The notes under the pieces: generated by a model
Told to the model about the DNA's origin: nothing
Seen by the model: only the letters and a program-made list of their open reading frames with translations
The model's database searches: none
Shown here: positions 8,911 to 18,684 of the stretch, piece by piece
Numbering within the stretch: the first letter of the stretch is position 1
How the letters are laid out: each line of letters begins with the position of its first letter
Made by a program: the position numbers and the translations under genes
Source of the DNA: Candidatus Caenarcanales bacterium
GTDB taxonomy: Bacteria > Cyanobacteriota > Vampirovibrionia > Caenarcaniphilales > Caenarcanaceae
Assembly: GCA_030065015.1 (NCBI GenBank)
Contig: JASJDU010000002.1
Location: forward strand, 85,051 to 149,050
Length of the DNA: 64,000 nt
Reading direction: 5' to 3'

Positions 8911-10773
8911 ATGCGTTCATATGATGTAATTATCGTTGGTTCTGGACATGCGGGCTGTGAGGCTGCAGCGGCATCTGCGAATCTAGGAGCAAAAACCTTG
9001 ATGATAGGAATGAACTTGGATGGAATTGCTTGGATGCCTTGCAATCCAGCGGTGGGTGGACCTGCAAAATCTCATCTTGTTAAGGAAATAGATGCTTTGG
9101 GTGGCTTGATGGGACTTGCAACTGATGCAACTTATATACAGATGAAAACTCTCAATTCGTCTAGAGGAGCAGCGGTTCATTCTTTAAGAGCACAATCGGA
9201 TAAATATGAATACTCAGCCTGGATGAGAAATACTCTTCAACAGATTCCAAACTTAACCATGTATCAGTCTATGGTTACAAAAATACTTGTTGAAAATAAT
9301 AAAGTAATTGGAGTTGAGACATCCATCGGAGAACAAATAGGAGCCAAGGCGGTAGTTATAACTAGTGGAACTTTTTTGCAGGGTAAAGTATTCACCGGAA
9401 AGAAATCAAAAGAAGCTGGAAGAGCCTCAGAGCCTTCAGCAATTGGACTAACTCGAAGTTTAAAGGAACTTGGATTTGATTTTGGACGACTGAAAACAGG
9501 AACTCCGGCGAGAATTGACTCAAGAACGGTAGATTTCTCCAAGCTGGAAGAATATCCTGGAGATAATGAACTTAAGCATTTTTCATTTTTACCGAACCGA
9601 CCTATCCTGAAGCAACTTCCTTGCCATGCCACAAGAACGACTGAAAAGACAATTCAAGTAATTAAAGATAATCTTCAAGAGTCTCCAATGTACTCCGGTT
9701 TGATTGAAGGTGTCGGTCCGAGATATTGTCCGTCTATTGAAGACAAGATAGTTCGTTTTGTAGATAAAAAATCTCATTTACTCTTCTTAGAACCGGAAGG
9801 AAGAAAAACAAATGAGATTTATCTTCAAGGCTGTTCAACTAGTTTACCGATTGATGTTCAATGGCTAATTGTTCAATCTCTTCCTGGATTAGAAAAGGCA
9901 GAAATTGTTCGTCCCGCTTATGCCGTTGAATATGACTTTTTGAGACCAATACAGTTTCAACATTCTCTTCAATCAAAAACATTACCTGGTTTCTTTGCCG
10001 CTGGACAATTGCTTGGAACCAGTGGTTATGAAGAAGCTGCTGCCCAAGGTTTGGTAGCTGGAATCAATGCTGCAAAATACGCCTTATGTTTGGAAGCAGT
10101 AGTATTCTCTCGTTCGGAAAGCTATATTGGAACTCTAATTGACGATTTGGTCATTAAAGAAATCTCTGAGCCATATCGAATGATGACTTCTCGCTCGGAA
10201 CATAGACTGTATTTAAGACAAGATAATGCTGATCGAAGAATGACACCCTTTGGACGGGAGATTGGATTAGTAGATGATTATCGCTGGAATCATTTTCAAG
10301 AGAAGCTAGATAAGTTTAATAATTGTATTTCTAAGCTAAAAAAAATCAAAATTAAATCTTCAGATGAGGCAAATCAAGTACTTGAAAAATACAATCAAGC
10401 GCCAATCAAAGATAAAAATGTCCTAAGTATCTATGAACTTTTAGCCAGGCCAAAAATGTCGTTCCAGCTAATTCAAGAAATAAGCCCAGAAATAAACTTG
10501 GATGATTTCAGTGAACTGGAATTTGAGTTGGACACAGAGATTAAATATTCTGGTTATGTGAAAAAACAAGAATCACAAGTTGATAATTTTTCTGTTTTAG
10601 AAAACAGAAAAATACCAGAGTGGTTTGATTATCAGAAGCTTCAACATATTTCTAGTGAAGCAAGAGAGAAGTTAAGCAAAATTAAGCCTCAAACGGTTGG
10701 CCAAGCTGCAAGAATTGATGGCGTAAGACAAGGTGATATTAATGTTTTGCTGATTGGTCTAGCCGCGAGATAA
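8911..10773 (+). CDS. mnmG: tRNA uridine 5-carboxymethylaminomethyl modification enzyme MnmG (GidA)
   Basis: GSGHAGCEAA, MPCNPAVGG, RLKTGTPAR, GPRYCPSIEDK, GYEEAAAQG. Confidence 0.98.
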   Translation: MRSYDVIIVGSGHAGCEAAAASANLGAKTLMIGMNLDGIAWMPCNPAVGGPAKSHLVKEIDALGGLMGLATDATYIQMKTLNSSRGAAVHSLRAQSDKYEYSAWMRNTLQQIPNLTMYQSMVTKILVENNKVIGVETSIGEQIGAKAVVITSGTFLQGKVFTGKKSKEAGRASEPSAIGLTRSLKELGFDFGRLKTGTPARIDSRTVDFSKLEEYPGDNELKHFSFLPNRPILKQLPCHATRTTEKTIQVIKDNLQESPMYSGLIEGVGPRYCPSIEDKIVRFVDKKSHLLFLEPEGRKTNEIYLQGCSTSLPIDVQWLIVQSLPGLEKAEIVRPAYAVEYDFLRPIQFQHSLQSKTLPGFFAAGQLLGTSGYEEAAAQGLVAGINAAKYALCLEAVVFSRSESYIGTLIDDLVIKEISEPYRMMTSRSEHRLYLRQDNADRRMTPFGREIGLVDDYRWNHFQEKLDKFNNCISKLKKIKIKSSDEANQVLEKYNQAPIKDKNVLSIYELLARPKMSFQLIQEISPEINLDDFSELEFELDTEIKYSGYVKKQESQVDNFSVLENRKIPEWFDYQKLQHISSEAREKLSKIKPQTVGQAARIDGVRQGDINVLLIGLAAR

Positions 10774-10828
10774 ATAAGAGCTAAAATATAGAATTCAATA
10801 CTAATCATGATTTATGAGCATAAGTTAT

Positions 10829-12040
10829 ATGAGTAAATTTAAGAAAGTTGTTTTAGCTTATTCCGGTGGTTTAGACACATCTATATCGATACAGTGGCTT
10901 CTGGAAAATAGAGCTGAAGAAGTTATTGCCGTAGCGGTTGATCTTGGGCAAAAAGAAGATCTAGAAGCTGTAAGGCAAAAAGCTCTAAAAGTAGGAGCCT
11001 CACAAGCATTTGTAATTGATGCTCGAAAGGAATTCGTAGAAAACTTTGTTTGGCCAAGCCTAAAAGCAAATGCAACTTATGAATTCAATTACCCTCTAGC
11101 AACAGCTATAGGGCGACCACTCATAGCTAAAGTACTAAATGATATTGCTTTAAAGACTAACGCAGATTGTATTGCACACGGTTGTACGGCAAAAGGTAAC
11201 GATCAGGTGCGTTTTGAAGTTTCATGGCAGGCGTTAAATCCAAATTTAACGGTTATCGCTCCTCCAAGAGAGTGGGGAGAATTATGCGATCGAGGGAAAG
11301 CAATTGATTATGCAGATAAACATGGTATTCCGATAAGTTCAACAAAAAAATCTCCTTACAGTATCGATCTGAATCTTTGGGGACGTTCAGTTGAATGTGG
11401 TGTTTTGGAAGACCCTTGGGTTGAACCACCTGAAGATGCTTATGCGCTTACCAACCCAGTTGAAACTACTCCTAATGAAGCGAAATACATTGAAATTGAA
11501 TTTCGAGAGGGAGTACCAATAAAGCTCGATGGCGTAGAATATAATGCAATAGAATTGATTGAAGAACTCAACTCTATTTCTGGACTTCATGGTATAGGGA
11601 GAATAGATCAAATAGAAAACCGTTTAGTGGGAATAAAAAGTCGAGAAGTTTATGAAGCACCGGCAGCGACTGTTTTATTAAAAGCTCACAAGGAGATTGA
11701 GTACTTGGTTAATACCAAAGATACAGTTCACTTCAAACAAACAATTGACCAAAAATATTCAGAATTGATATACAACGGACTGTGGTTTTCTCCTTTAAGA
11801 GAAGCTTTGGATGGTTTTATTGAAAAAACACAAAGAAGGGTTAATGGAACTATAAAACTGAAGCTTTTTAAAGGTAATTGTGTTGTAGTTGGACGCAAAT
11901 CAGAGAATGCACTTTATAATCTTGAATTGGCAACATATGATGAAGGGGATGAATTTGATCATTCAGCAGCACCCGGTTTTATTAAAATCTTTGGTTTGGG
12001 AGTGAAAACTTTTTACCAAAGCCAATCTATTTCACAATAA
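10829..12040 (+). CDS. argG: Argininosuccinate synthase
   Basis: LAYSGGLDTS, HGCTAKGNDQVRFE, KSREVYEAP; alternative start at 10814. Confidence 0.98.
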   Translation: MSKFKKVVLAYSGGLDTSISIQWLLENRAEEVIAVAVDLGQKEDLEAVRQKALKVGASQAFVIDARKEFVENFVWPSLKANATYEFNYPLATAIGRPLIAKVLNDIALKTNADCIAHGCTAKGNDQVRFEVSWQALNPNLTVIAPPREWGELCDRGKAIDYADKHGIPISSTKKSPYSIDLNLWGRSVECGVLEDPWVEPPEDAYALTNPVETTPNEAKYIEIEFREGVPIKLDGVEYNAIELIEELNSISGLHGIGRIDQIENRLVGIKSREVYEAPAATVLLKAHKEIEYLVNTKDTVHFKQTIDQKYSELIYNGLWFSPLREALDGFIEKTQRRVNGTIKLKLFKGNCVVVGRKSENALYNLELATYDEGDEFDHSAAPGFIKIFGLGVKTFYQSQSISQ

Positions 12041-12133
12041 TTTGGTTTAGGCAAATAAAAAAGTTACGCAAACACTTTGATAATCTACAATGTAAATTCT
12101 CTAACTAATGGCTAGTTTTCTCAAATAAATACA

Positions 12134-13339
12134 ATGAGTACATCTTTCTCTCCATCTGGTTCAAGAGACCTTCTACCAACCGACCTGATCAAACAGGAAA
12201 AGCTTAGGCATATTCTTATGAGTGTCTTCAAATCTTGGGGATATCAACCTGTTTTACCTCCTACTTTAGAAAGTCTTGAAGCTCTGGAAAAAGGCAGACC
12301 GCAATTCCTAAAGGAATCGTTCAAGGTCATAGATCGCGATGCCCAACTTTCTGCTCTAAGACCGGATTTGACACTTCCGATTGCAAGGCTGGCAGCATCA
12401 AGATTGAGCTCAGTTGAAAGGCCTCTTCGCTTATGTTATATTGCAAAAGTTTTTAGACAAGACCTCCATCTAGCCGATGAGAGAAGAGAGATATATCAAG
12501 CTGGTATTGAGCTGATTGGAAGTAGCAAGTCGGATAAAATGTTCTCTCCAGAATATATAAATAAAGCAAATCTCGAGTGTTTGAGCATTCTTTTGGAAGT
12601 TTTGGGTAAATCAAATATTAAAAATTACAAAATAGTCCTTAGTCATACGGATTTATGGAAATACGCTGGTGAGATATTTCATCGGGTTGAAGAACAACTG
12701 GATATGGACTTATCCATAGAATTTGATAATTTAATGCAGAAAGGAAATTTCGTTGAATATACCAAGGCTGTTAAACATGCAGAGGAGAGATGCATAAAAT
12801 CGCTCAGCCAGTCTGATGAGCCTAGCGAGTTGAAAGCCTGTTTTGAAAGCAGTACAAAGGAGAGTCCTTTAAATTATTTGAAGAAAGCTTGTTTTGAACT
12901 CACCGGTAAGCCTGTAGATATATTGAATTATTTAGATGATGATTCAGAGCTATATCAAGAATTAGAAGCAATAACCCAGCTAGAAAAGATCTTTGGTAAA
13001 GATAAGTTCATAATTGACTTTACAATGAGGCCAGATTCCCACTATTACACTGGTTTATACTTTGAAGTGGTTATTCCAAATTCAGGGAAAGCAATTGGTA
13101 AAGGTGGAAGATACGATAATCTTATATCCTGTTTTGGTCATCCAGAAACTGCAATTGGATTTTCGTTACAGATTGATTCACTTCTAAAATATTCAACTGA
13201 TGAAGAAGAAATCGAATCTCAGGATTCAGAAAGTAAAATAGTTGTTCCCACCCATAATTTATCGGTTAGCTCAATTATTGAAGCAATAGATCAATCAATT
13301 AACCTGAGAAAGAAGCATCCGGTAGTGACGATAGACTAA
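12134..13339 (+). CDS. hisZ: ATP phosphoribosyltransferase regulatory subunit
   Basis: HisRS-like LRPDLT, QAGIELIG, YYTG, GGRYD; adjacent to a short hisG. Confidence 0.92.
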   Translation: MSTSFSPSGSRDLLPTDLIKQEKLRHILMSVFKSWGYQPVLPPTLESLEALEKGRPQFLKESFKVIDRDAQLSALRPDLTLPIARLAASRLSSVERPLRLCYIAKVFRQDLHLADERREIYQAGIELIGSSKSDKMFSPEYINKANLECLSILLEVLGKSNIKNYKIVLSHTDLWKYAGEIFHRVEEQLDMDLSIEFDNLMQKGNFVEYTKAVKHAEERCIKSLSQSDEPSELKACFESSTKESPLNYLKKACFELTGKPVDILNYLDDDSELYQELEAITQLEKIFGKDKFIIDFTMRPDSHYYTGLYFEVVIPNSGKAIGKGGRYDNLISCFGHPETAIGFSLQIDSLLKYSTDEEEIESQDSESKIVVPTHNLSVSSIIEAIDQSINLRKKHPVVTID

Positions 13340-13343
13340 ATTC

Positions 13344-13994
13344 ATGTTACAGAAAAAAAATAAATATAGAATAGCAATTCCTAAAGGAGCCCTTCTAGAT
13401 GACTCCAGAAAGCTATTGACTAAAGCTAATATAAGCTTTGAAATGCAGGACAGAAAGCTCATTTTTGAAACGAGCCAAAAAGATGTAGAGATTTTATTGG
13501 TGAAACCAATCGATGTACCAGTTTATGTTGAAAATGGTGCGGCAGACGTTGGCATTGTTGGAAGTGATGTACTAGGAGAAGAGGAACCAAAAATTTTAAC
13601 TCTGTTACCATTTTCTTTTGGGTATTGCGAGTTGGTTGTTGCGGTACCAAAAGATGGAAATATTAAAAAACTTTCTCAAATTCCGGATTATTGTAGAGTA
13701 GCCACTAAATTCCCACATTTGGCTAGAAGATTCTTTAGACAAGAGGGAGTACCGGTTGAAATAATTGAGTTGAATGGTTCAATTGAAATTGCTCCTTTGA
13801 CTGGACTTTCGGAAGTGATTGTAGACTTGGTAGCAACCGGCAGGACTCTCAAAGATAATGGTCTAGTCAGTTTAGAAACAATATCAAAACATTCCGCAAG
13901 ATTAATTGCTAACAGGGTCAGTTGGCAATTGAATCACCAGTGGATAATTGAATTCATGAGCTTACTAACAAGTAAAGAAATAAATAAGGAATGA
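13344..13994 (+). CDS. hisG: ATP phosphoribosyltransferase, short form
   Basis: IAIPKG, ATKFP, GSIEIAP..IVDLVATGRTL. Confidence 0.96.
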   Translation: MLQKKNKYRIAIPKGALLDDSRKLLTKANISFEMQDRKLIFETSQKDVEILLVKPIDVPVYVENGAADVGIVGSDVLGEEEPKILTLLPFSFGYCELVVAVPKDGNIKKLSQIPDYCRVATKFPHLARRFFRQEGVPVEIIELNGSIEIAPLTGLSEVIVDLVATGRTLKDNGLVSLETISKHSARLIANRVSWQLNHQWIIEFMSLLTSKEINKE

Positions 13995-14012
13995 CCCACT
14001 AATTTTTATAAA

Positions 14013-14041
14013 AAATAGCCTCTGTTCACAGAAGGCTATTT
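14013..14041. terminator. Hairpin between convergent hisG and the Cys-rich ORF
   Basis: AAATAGCC..GGCTATTT inverted repeat. Confidence 0.6.
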
Positions 14042-14087
14042 CAAACATTTTGAATTTAATATTATTTGCTCTATAGCTTTGGAAAGC

Positions 14088-14306
14088 TTAAAGCTTCCAC
14101 CATTTGTGGGTTTCCACTAGCCCATCTGGACATGCGCTACACTTATCTTTTGGAACACATTGCGCTTTTGGAGAGCACTTGTCTGGTTTAGGCGCGCATT
14201 TATCCTTTGGTGGGCAGCACATTACTTTTGCATTAACCTCTTGAGCGGAAAATCCAAAAACAGAAGCTAATAGTATTGCAAATGAGAAAATTAGCTTTAA
14301 TTTCAT
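14088..14306 (-). CDS. Small secreted Cys/Pro/Lys-rich protein
   Basis: GGAG RBS; signal peptide ending VNA; 7 Cys in PKDKC-like repeats. Confidence 0.8.
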   Translation of the reverse strand: MKLKLIFSFAILLASVFGFSAQEVNAKVMCCPPKDKCAPKPDKCSPKAQCVPKDKCSACPDGLVETHKWWKL

Positions 14307-14551
14307 AAAAAACTCCAATAATTCAATTTAAACTACAACACTAAATGTAATTGATTTAAGTTCTTTAGAAGTAAGTAATTTATTAACTTTTTGTTTTAAA
14401 CGCTTAAACTAAATTAATCGAAGGCGTGTTTAATGAAACCTCTTTAGATAAGAGGCTAAGAAACTTTTCTATAGTTCATAAGTCTATATGGGGAGCTGAA
14501 TTCTCTTGCTTCTCTTAATGTAACTTAAATAAATGTGTTTTTTAGCAAATA

Positions 14552-15685
14552 ATGAAATCACTTTATAAAAAAACAGTCTTCTTCCCGCTGGATTATAGAT
14601 TGTGGGTCTATAAACTAATAAGAATCAAACTTTGGTTTCAATTCAAAGTCTTGTTTCCTTTGAAACTGTTGTTCTTAGAAATGAATTGTCAGTTTAAAAA
14701 TATAAATATTGAAAGACTTATAAGTAAGGAGTTTGTGAGTAGGGAATTTGGGAAAAAATTGGTCCTTTTTGCGTACACAAAAGCCGAAAATATAGAAGGG
14801 TTTGTAAAAAGCTTTCTTGATAAAAATCCTAAATTTTCAACTCTCATTCTGTTTTTAATCTTATTAGGAGTTGCTCCACTTTTTTCTCAATGCATAACAA
14901 GAACAAATACTTATCTTGAAAGCCTTACAAGCAAAAAAATAAAAACTATTCTCAAAGATGGAAGAAGGATGAATGAAGCGGGAAAAATAAAAGGAGCTTT
15001 ACTGCAATATCAAAAGGCTTTTTTTTTGAGACCTACAGAGTTTGCTTCCAATTTAGAATTGTCGCTATTTTACTTAAAGCATAATAACTTTTCACTTTTA
15101 CAAAAACACATTGAGTTTTTAAAACTTTTATATCCTGATAAGATACGTGTTCAAGCATTAACAGCAATAGATAATCTGTATCAGGGAAGTTATGCTAATG
15201 CCGAAGAGGGTTTGAAACTGGTTAAAAGCCTTGGGCTGAATGATGATTGGGTAATAGAAGCATATGCAATTTCATTAATTGCAAACAAGAAAACTCAAAG
15301 TGCATCTAAGTTAGCCGGCTGGCCAAATGATTGTGAAGCTAATTCTGTTTCTCATAGTTTATGTATGAAAAGAATTGCAAATTGGCATTCGGAGGTTAAA
15401 GAAATTAAAAATAGAATGCAGAAATGTCCAATTGGCTCAAAAAATGAATTGCATTATCATAAAGAAAGAGAACTAATTTATCTCGGAGAATCTTTAAGAA
15501 GTTTGAGAAGGGCTATTGAAAGTGAAACTGATGGTTTTTATAAGCTTTATCTAATAAAAGATTACTTTTATACAAAAGATAATCTAAAAAAAATACATTC
15601 ACGGTTTTCGAGGGATAAATACCTTGATGAGAATAATGCTGCTCATACTCAATTAACTCAGAAGGAAAGGAGTTTCAAAATTTAG
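14552..15685 (+). CDS. Hypothetical membrane-anchored TPR-like protein
   Basis: TM segment followed by TPR-like helices (GALLQYQKAFFLRP). Confidence 0.6.
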   Translation: MKSLYKKTVFFPLDYRLWVYKLIRIKLWFQFKVLFPLKLLFLEMNCQFKNINIERLISKEFVSREFGKKLVLFAYTKAENIEGFVKSFLDKNPKFSTLILFLILLGVAPLFSQCITRTNTYLESLTSKKIKTILKDGRRMNEAGKIKGALLQYQKAFFLRPTEFASNLELSLFYLKHNNFSLLQKHIEFLKLLYPDKIRVQALTAIDNLYQGSYANAEEGLKLVKSLGLNDDWVIEAYAISLIANKKTQSASKLAGWPNDCEANSVSHSLCMKRIANWHSEVKEIKNRMQKCPIGSKNELHYHKERELIYLGESLRSLRRAIESETDGFYKLYLIKDYFYTKDNLKKIHSRFSRDKYLDENNAAHTQLTQKERSFKI

Positions 15686-16073
15686 AATTCTCCAATAAGT
15701 CCCATAAGTTTACGTTTTCAATATGATCTACTATGCTTTCACCGGACAATTTGTCTTCACAGACTACAACAACATCAAAGCGATTTTTGGGGCTGTAAAT
15801 TCTTTTTTTCTCCAGGTGATCTAGATAAGTTCGCATACAAAACATTAATTTCTTCGCTTTCCAGGGAGTTATTGAATTCAAGGCATCTTCATAGGCATGG
15901 TTTGAAGAACGCCCCTTCACCTCAATGAAGATATAATTTTTATCTTTTTTACATACTAAATCGAGCTCACCGTGATTACCCGCATGCCAGTTGCGTTCTA
16001 CAATTGAATACCCTTTAGAATGCAGATATCTTTCTGCAAGATGTTCGTATTTTTGTCCTTTTTCCCAGTTCAT
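15675..16073 (-). CDS. YraN (UPF0102) family protein
   Basis: G..YE..A..YL, GELDLV, FIEVK, RFDVV. Confidence 0.92.
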   Translation of the reverse strand: MNWEKGQKYEHLAERYLHSKGYSIVERNWHAGNHGELDLVCKKDKNYIFIEVKGRSSNHAYEDALNSITPWKAKKLMFCMRTYLDHLEKKRIYSPKNRFDVVVVCEDKLSGESIVDHIENVNLWDLLENSKF

Positions 16074-16087
16074 TCGATAATTAAATC

Positions 16088-16588
16088 ATGAAACAGCAAG
16101 ATTACAAAATCATAAAGCCTGTTGCTGGTGATGTTGATGAAGTTTGGGGGCTCATTAACTACTTTGCAGAAACAAGTCAAGAACTATTACCAAGAAACAG
16201 AAACCAAATTTTAGAACAACTCCTAAGTTTTTGGATTGCGAAAAAAGTGAACTCAAAAGGCTCTCAAAAAGAAGAAGTTATAGGATGCTCTTCTCTACAT
16301 ATATGGACAAATAATCTTTCGGAGATAAAAAGTCTTGCGGTCAAGCAGGAATGCCAAGGAAAAGGAATTGGAAAAAAGTTAATTGATAAATGCATAGAAG
16401 ATGCAAAGAATCTTGGACAGAGAGAAATTTTTGCTTTGACTTTTAGACCTGCATTTTTCTATAAACAAGGCTTTAGAGAAACTAGCAAAGATAATTTGCC
16501 GCATAAAGTTTGGAACGAATGTATCCATTGCCCCAAACTTCTCACTTGTGGAGAAGTACCGGTAATATTTAGTCTAAATGATGTTTAA
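16088..16588 (+). CDS. GNAT N-acetyltransferase, short N-acetylglutamate synthase (ArgA)-like
   Basis: LLPR, EIKSLAV, QGKGIG, FALT, LPHKVWNECIHCPK. Confidence 0.8.
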   Translation: MKQQDYKIIKPVAGDVDEVWGLINYFAETSQELLPRNRNQILEQLLSFWIAKKVNSKGSQKEEVIGCSSLHIWTNNLSEIKSLAVKQECQGKGIGKKLIDKCIEDAKNLGQREIFALTFRPAFFYKQGFRETSKDNLPHKVWNECIHCPKLLTCGEVPVIFSLNDV

Positions 16589-16812
16589 GCTTGGAAGCAA
16601 TTAACAATATTTTGCATTCAAAACCAAGCCCTTTTTCCGCAACATCTTTCCTCTAAAGAAGAAAATAATCTTTTGAAACCAAAGGTATAAGTTCTGTGAG
16701 TTTTATGAAATTGTGTGAATTTTATATAGCGTTTTGAATAGCATATAGACTTATTAAAAACAACTATATGTTATATTAGATCACTGTCATTTTTATTATT
16801 TTGACCTTCTTC

Positions 16813-17031
16813 ATGTCCAATAAATCAAAGCCATCTATAGTTAAGTTAATAAACTATTTAAAGGATGTTCAAAGAGAAAGTAAGCAAATTTCTTGGCCAC
16901 CTTTTAATTTGGCTTCGTTTCAATTTATAGTGGTAATTGTGTTATCGGCGTTGATTACCATTTTATTGTATTTCATTGATATTGGATTTAAAGTTGGTAT
17001 TGGAGCATTAAAAGAAACGATTATTAAATGA
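16813..17031 (+). CDS. secE: Preprotein translocase subunit SecE
   Basis: E.KQISWP plus one TM segment; directly upstream of nusG. Confidence 0.9.
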   Translation: MSNKSKPSIVKLINYLKDVQRESKQISWPPFNLASFQFIVVIVLSALITILLYFIDIGFKVGIGALKETIIK

Positions 17032-17618
17032 GCGACATAGAACAACAAGAAATAAAATCTGCCAAGAAAAATTTAACTAAAGATGGAGCCGGATGGTATG
17101 TGGTTTACACAATGGGCCACGAAGATAAGGTTCGTCAACAAATCTTAAAAAGAGCCGAGAATATGGGAGTTAAGGATGAAATCCTTGAAGTCTATGTCCC
17201 GAAGAAATCGGTTACCAAAATAAAAAGTGGCAAGAGAGTTGAGCAAAATCAACCTCGCTATCAAAGATATATATTTGTCAATATGATTCTTGACGATACT
17301 ACCTATAGAGTAGTACGTCATACGCCTGGTGTTCTAGACATAATCGATAAACCTCTATCCAATGTAGAAGTTGCTAGGTTGTTTGGACGAATTTCAAAAA
17401 GAAAAGCTGATGATGAGTCTACTGTAACTGAATTCAAAGTTGATTTCCAAGAAGGAGATGAAGTTAGAGTGGAAGGTGGTGCTTTTGATGGATTTACAGG
17501 TAAAGCAGAATCTATTGATTTAGACCACGGCAAAGTAACTGTTATGGTGAGCGTTTTTGGAAGATTTACCCCTGTTGATTTAACAATTGATCAAGTACAT
17601 CCTGTTGTTCAATATTAA
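17028..17618 (+). CDS. nusG: Transcription termination/antitermination factor NusG
   Basis: WYVVYT, TPGV, KOW motif, VSVFGR.TPV. Confidence 0.95.
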   Translation: MSDIEQQEIKSAKKNLTKDGAGWYVVYTMGHEDKVRQQILKRAENMGVKDEILEVYVPKKSVTKIKSGKRVEQNQPRYQRYIFVNMILDDTTYRVVRHTPGVLDIIDKPLSNVEVARLFGRISKRKADDESTVTEFKVDFQEGDEVRVEGGAFDGFTGKAESIDLDHGKVTVMVSVFGRFTPVDLTIDQVHPVVQY

Positions 17619-17817
17619 ATTAATTCTTCATGCAAACAAAGCAGTGAAAATAAAACGAGAAGTTTCTTAGATTGCAGTTTTTTGTCAGATTAACTGGTCA
17701 TAGCAAGTTTAATTTTTTTTAAGATTTGCTAGAAACAAAAATTCTAGTGGAATAAAAAAAATGTCCAATTAGGTGTTTCCCGATTTTGGACAGAGAAAAC
17801 ACTAGGGGGTACTTACT

Positions 17818-18600
17818 TTGTATCAAGACGCAAAAATTATCAAATCTATACTATGGGGCCAACGTTTTAGTGGCTTGCCCACAGAGCAGTTAATTCCAGT
17901 TAATCTTGGCGCTAGAATTCATTCAATTAGGGCAATTTCGCGTGAAATTTTAATTGAACAGACCTTCTGCATAAGGCCAGACTTATTAATATTTGAGACA
18001 GAGACACCCGGTGAAAAATCTTGGTCACAGCTAATAAACTTTTTAAAGTCAAAATCTTTGGAAACGGGTCTAATTGCAATTGTCAATGAAGCTGATTCAG
18101 AAGTCATAAAGGATTTAGCTGCCGCAAGAGTGGATAGCATAATTAAGCAAGATCGTATTCACCTTGAATTGCCTTATGCAATAAGAGCATTTCAAAAAGA
18201 TGAAACCTTTTTAAACCCTCAAGTAGCTAAAATTCTCTGTTCATTCATTCAAAATCAAACATCAACTCAACCTCAAAAAGACAGAGGTTTGCTCACAACT
18301 CTTACCAATCGGGAGCTAGAAGTTCTTGCCTGCCTAACACAAGGTTTGAATTATAAGTCAATTGCCAAAAGACTTTTTGTAAGTGATTCAACGGTAAAAA
18401 CTCACGTAAATAACATATTCACAAAGCTAAATGTAAATGACCGAACTCAGGCGGTACTTTATGGATTGAGACATGGAATTGATCAGATGGCAGCCGATAT
18501 TTTCCAAAGAATTGAAGCTAGTCACGCTAATCCTGATAGTTTTTCTAGTCCACAATCTGCTTCATACTCACAACAATCCTTTCAACCAAGATTTATATAG
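17818..18600 (+). CDS. NarL/LuxR-family regulator with a degenerate receiver domain
   Basis: LTNRELEVL..IAKRLFVSDSTVKTHV..IFTKL HTH; receiver motif PDLLIFE. Confidence 0.88.
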   Translation: MYQDAKIIKSILWGQRFSGLPTEQLIPVNLGARIHSIRAISREILIEQTFCIRPDLLIFETETPGEKSWSQLINFLKSKSLETGLIAIVNEADSEVIKDLAAARVDSIIKQDRIHLELPYAIRAFQKDETFLNPQVAKILCSFIQNQTSTQPQKDRGLLTTLTNRELEVLACLTQGLNYKSIAKRLFVSDSTVKTHVNNIFTKLNVNDRTQAVLYGLRHGIDQMAADIFQRIEASHANPDSFSSPQSASYSQQSFQPRFI

Positions 18601-18614
18601 AGTTAATGAGAATA

Positions 18615-18645
18615 CTTGGAAATAGCTTCTAAAACTATTTCCAAG
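18615..18645. terminator. Hairpin between convergent genes
   Basis: CTTGGAAATAG / CTATTTCCAAG perfect 11-bp stem. Confidence 0.65.
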
Positions 18646-18684
18646 GAGAGTGAGCCGTAAAGTAAGAGAAGATAGTGTAATAAT

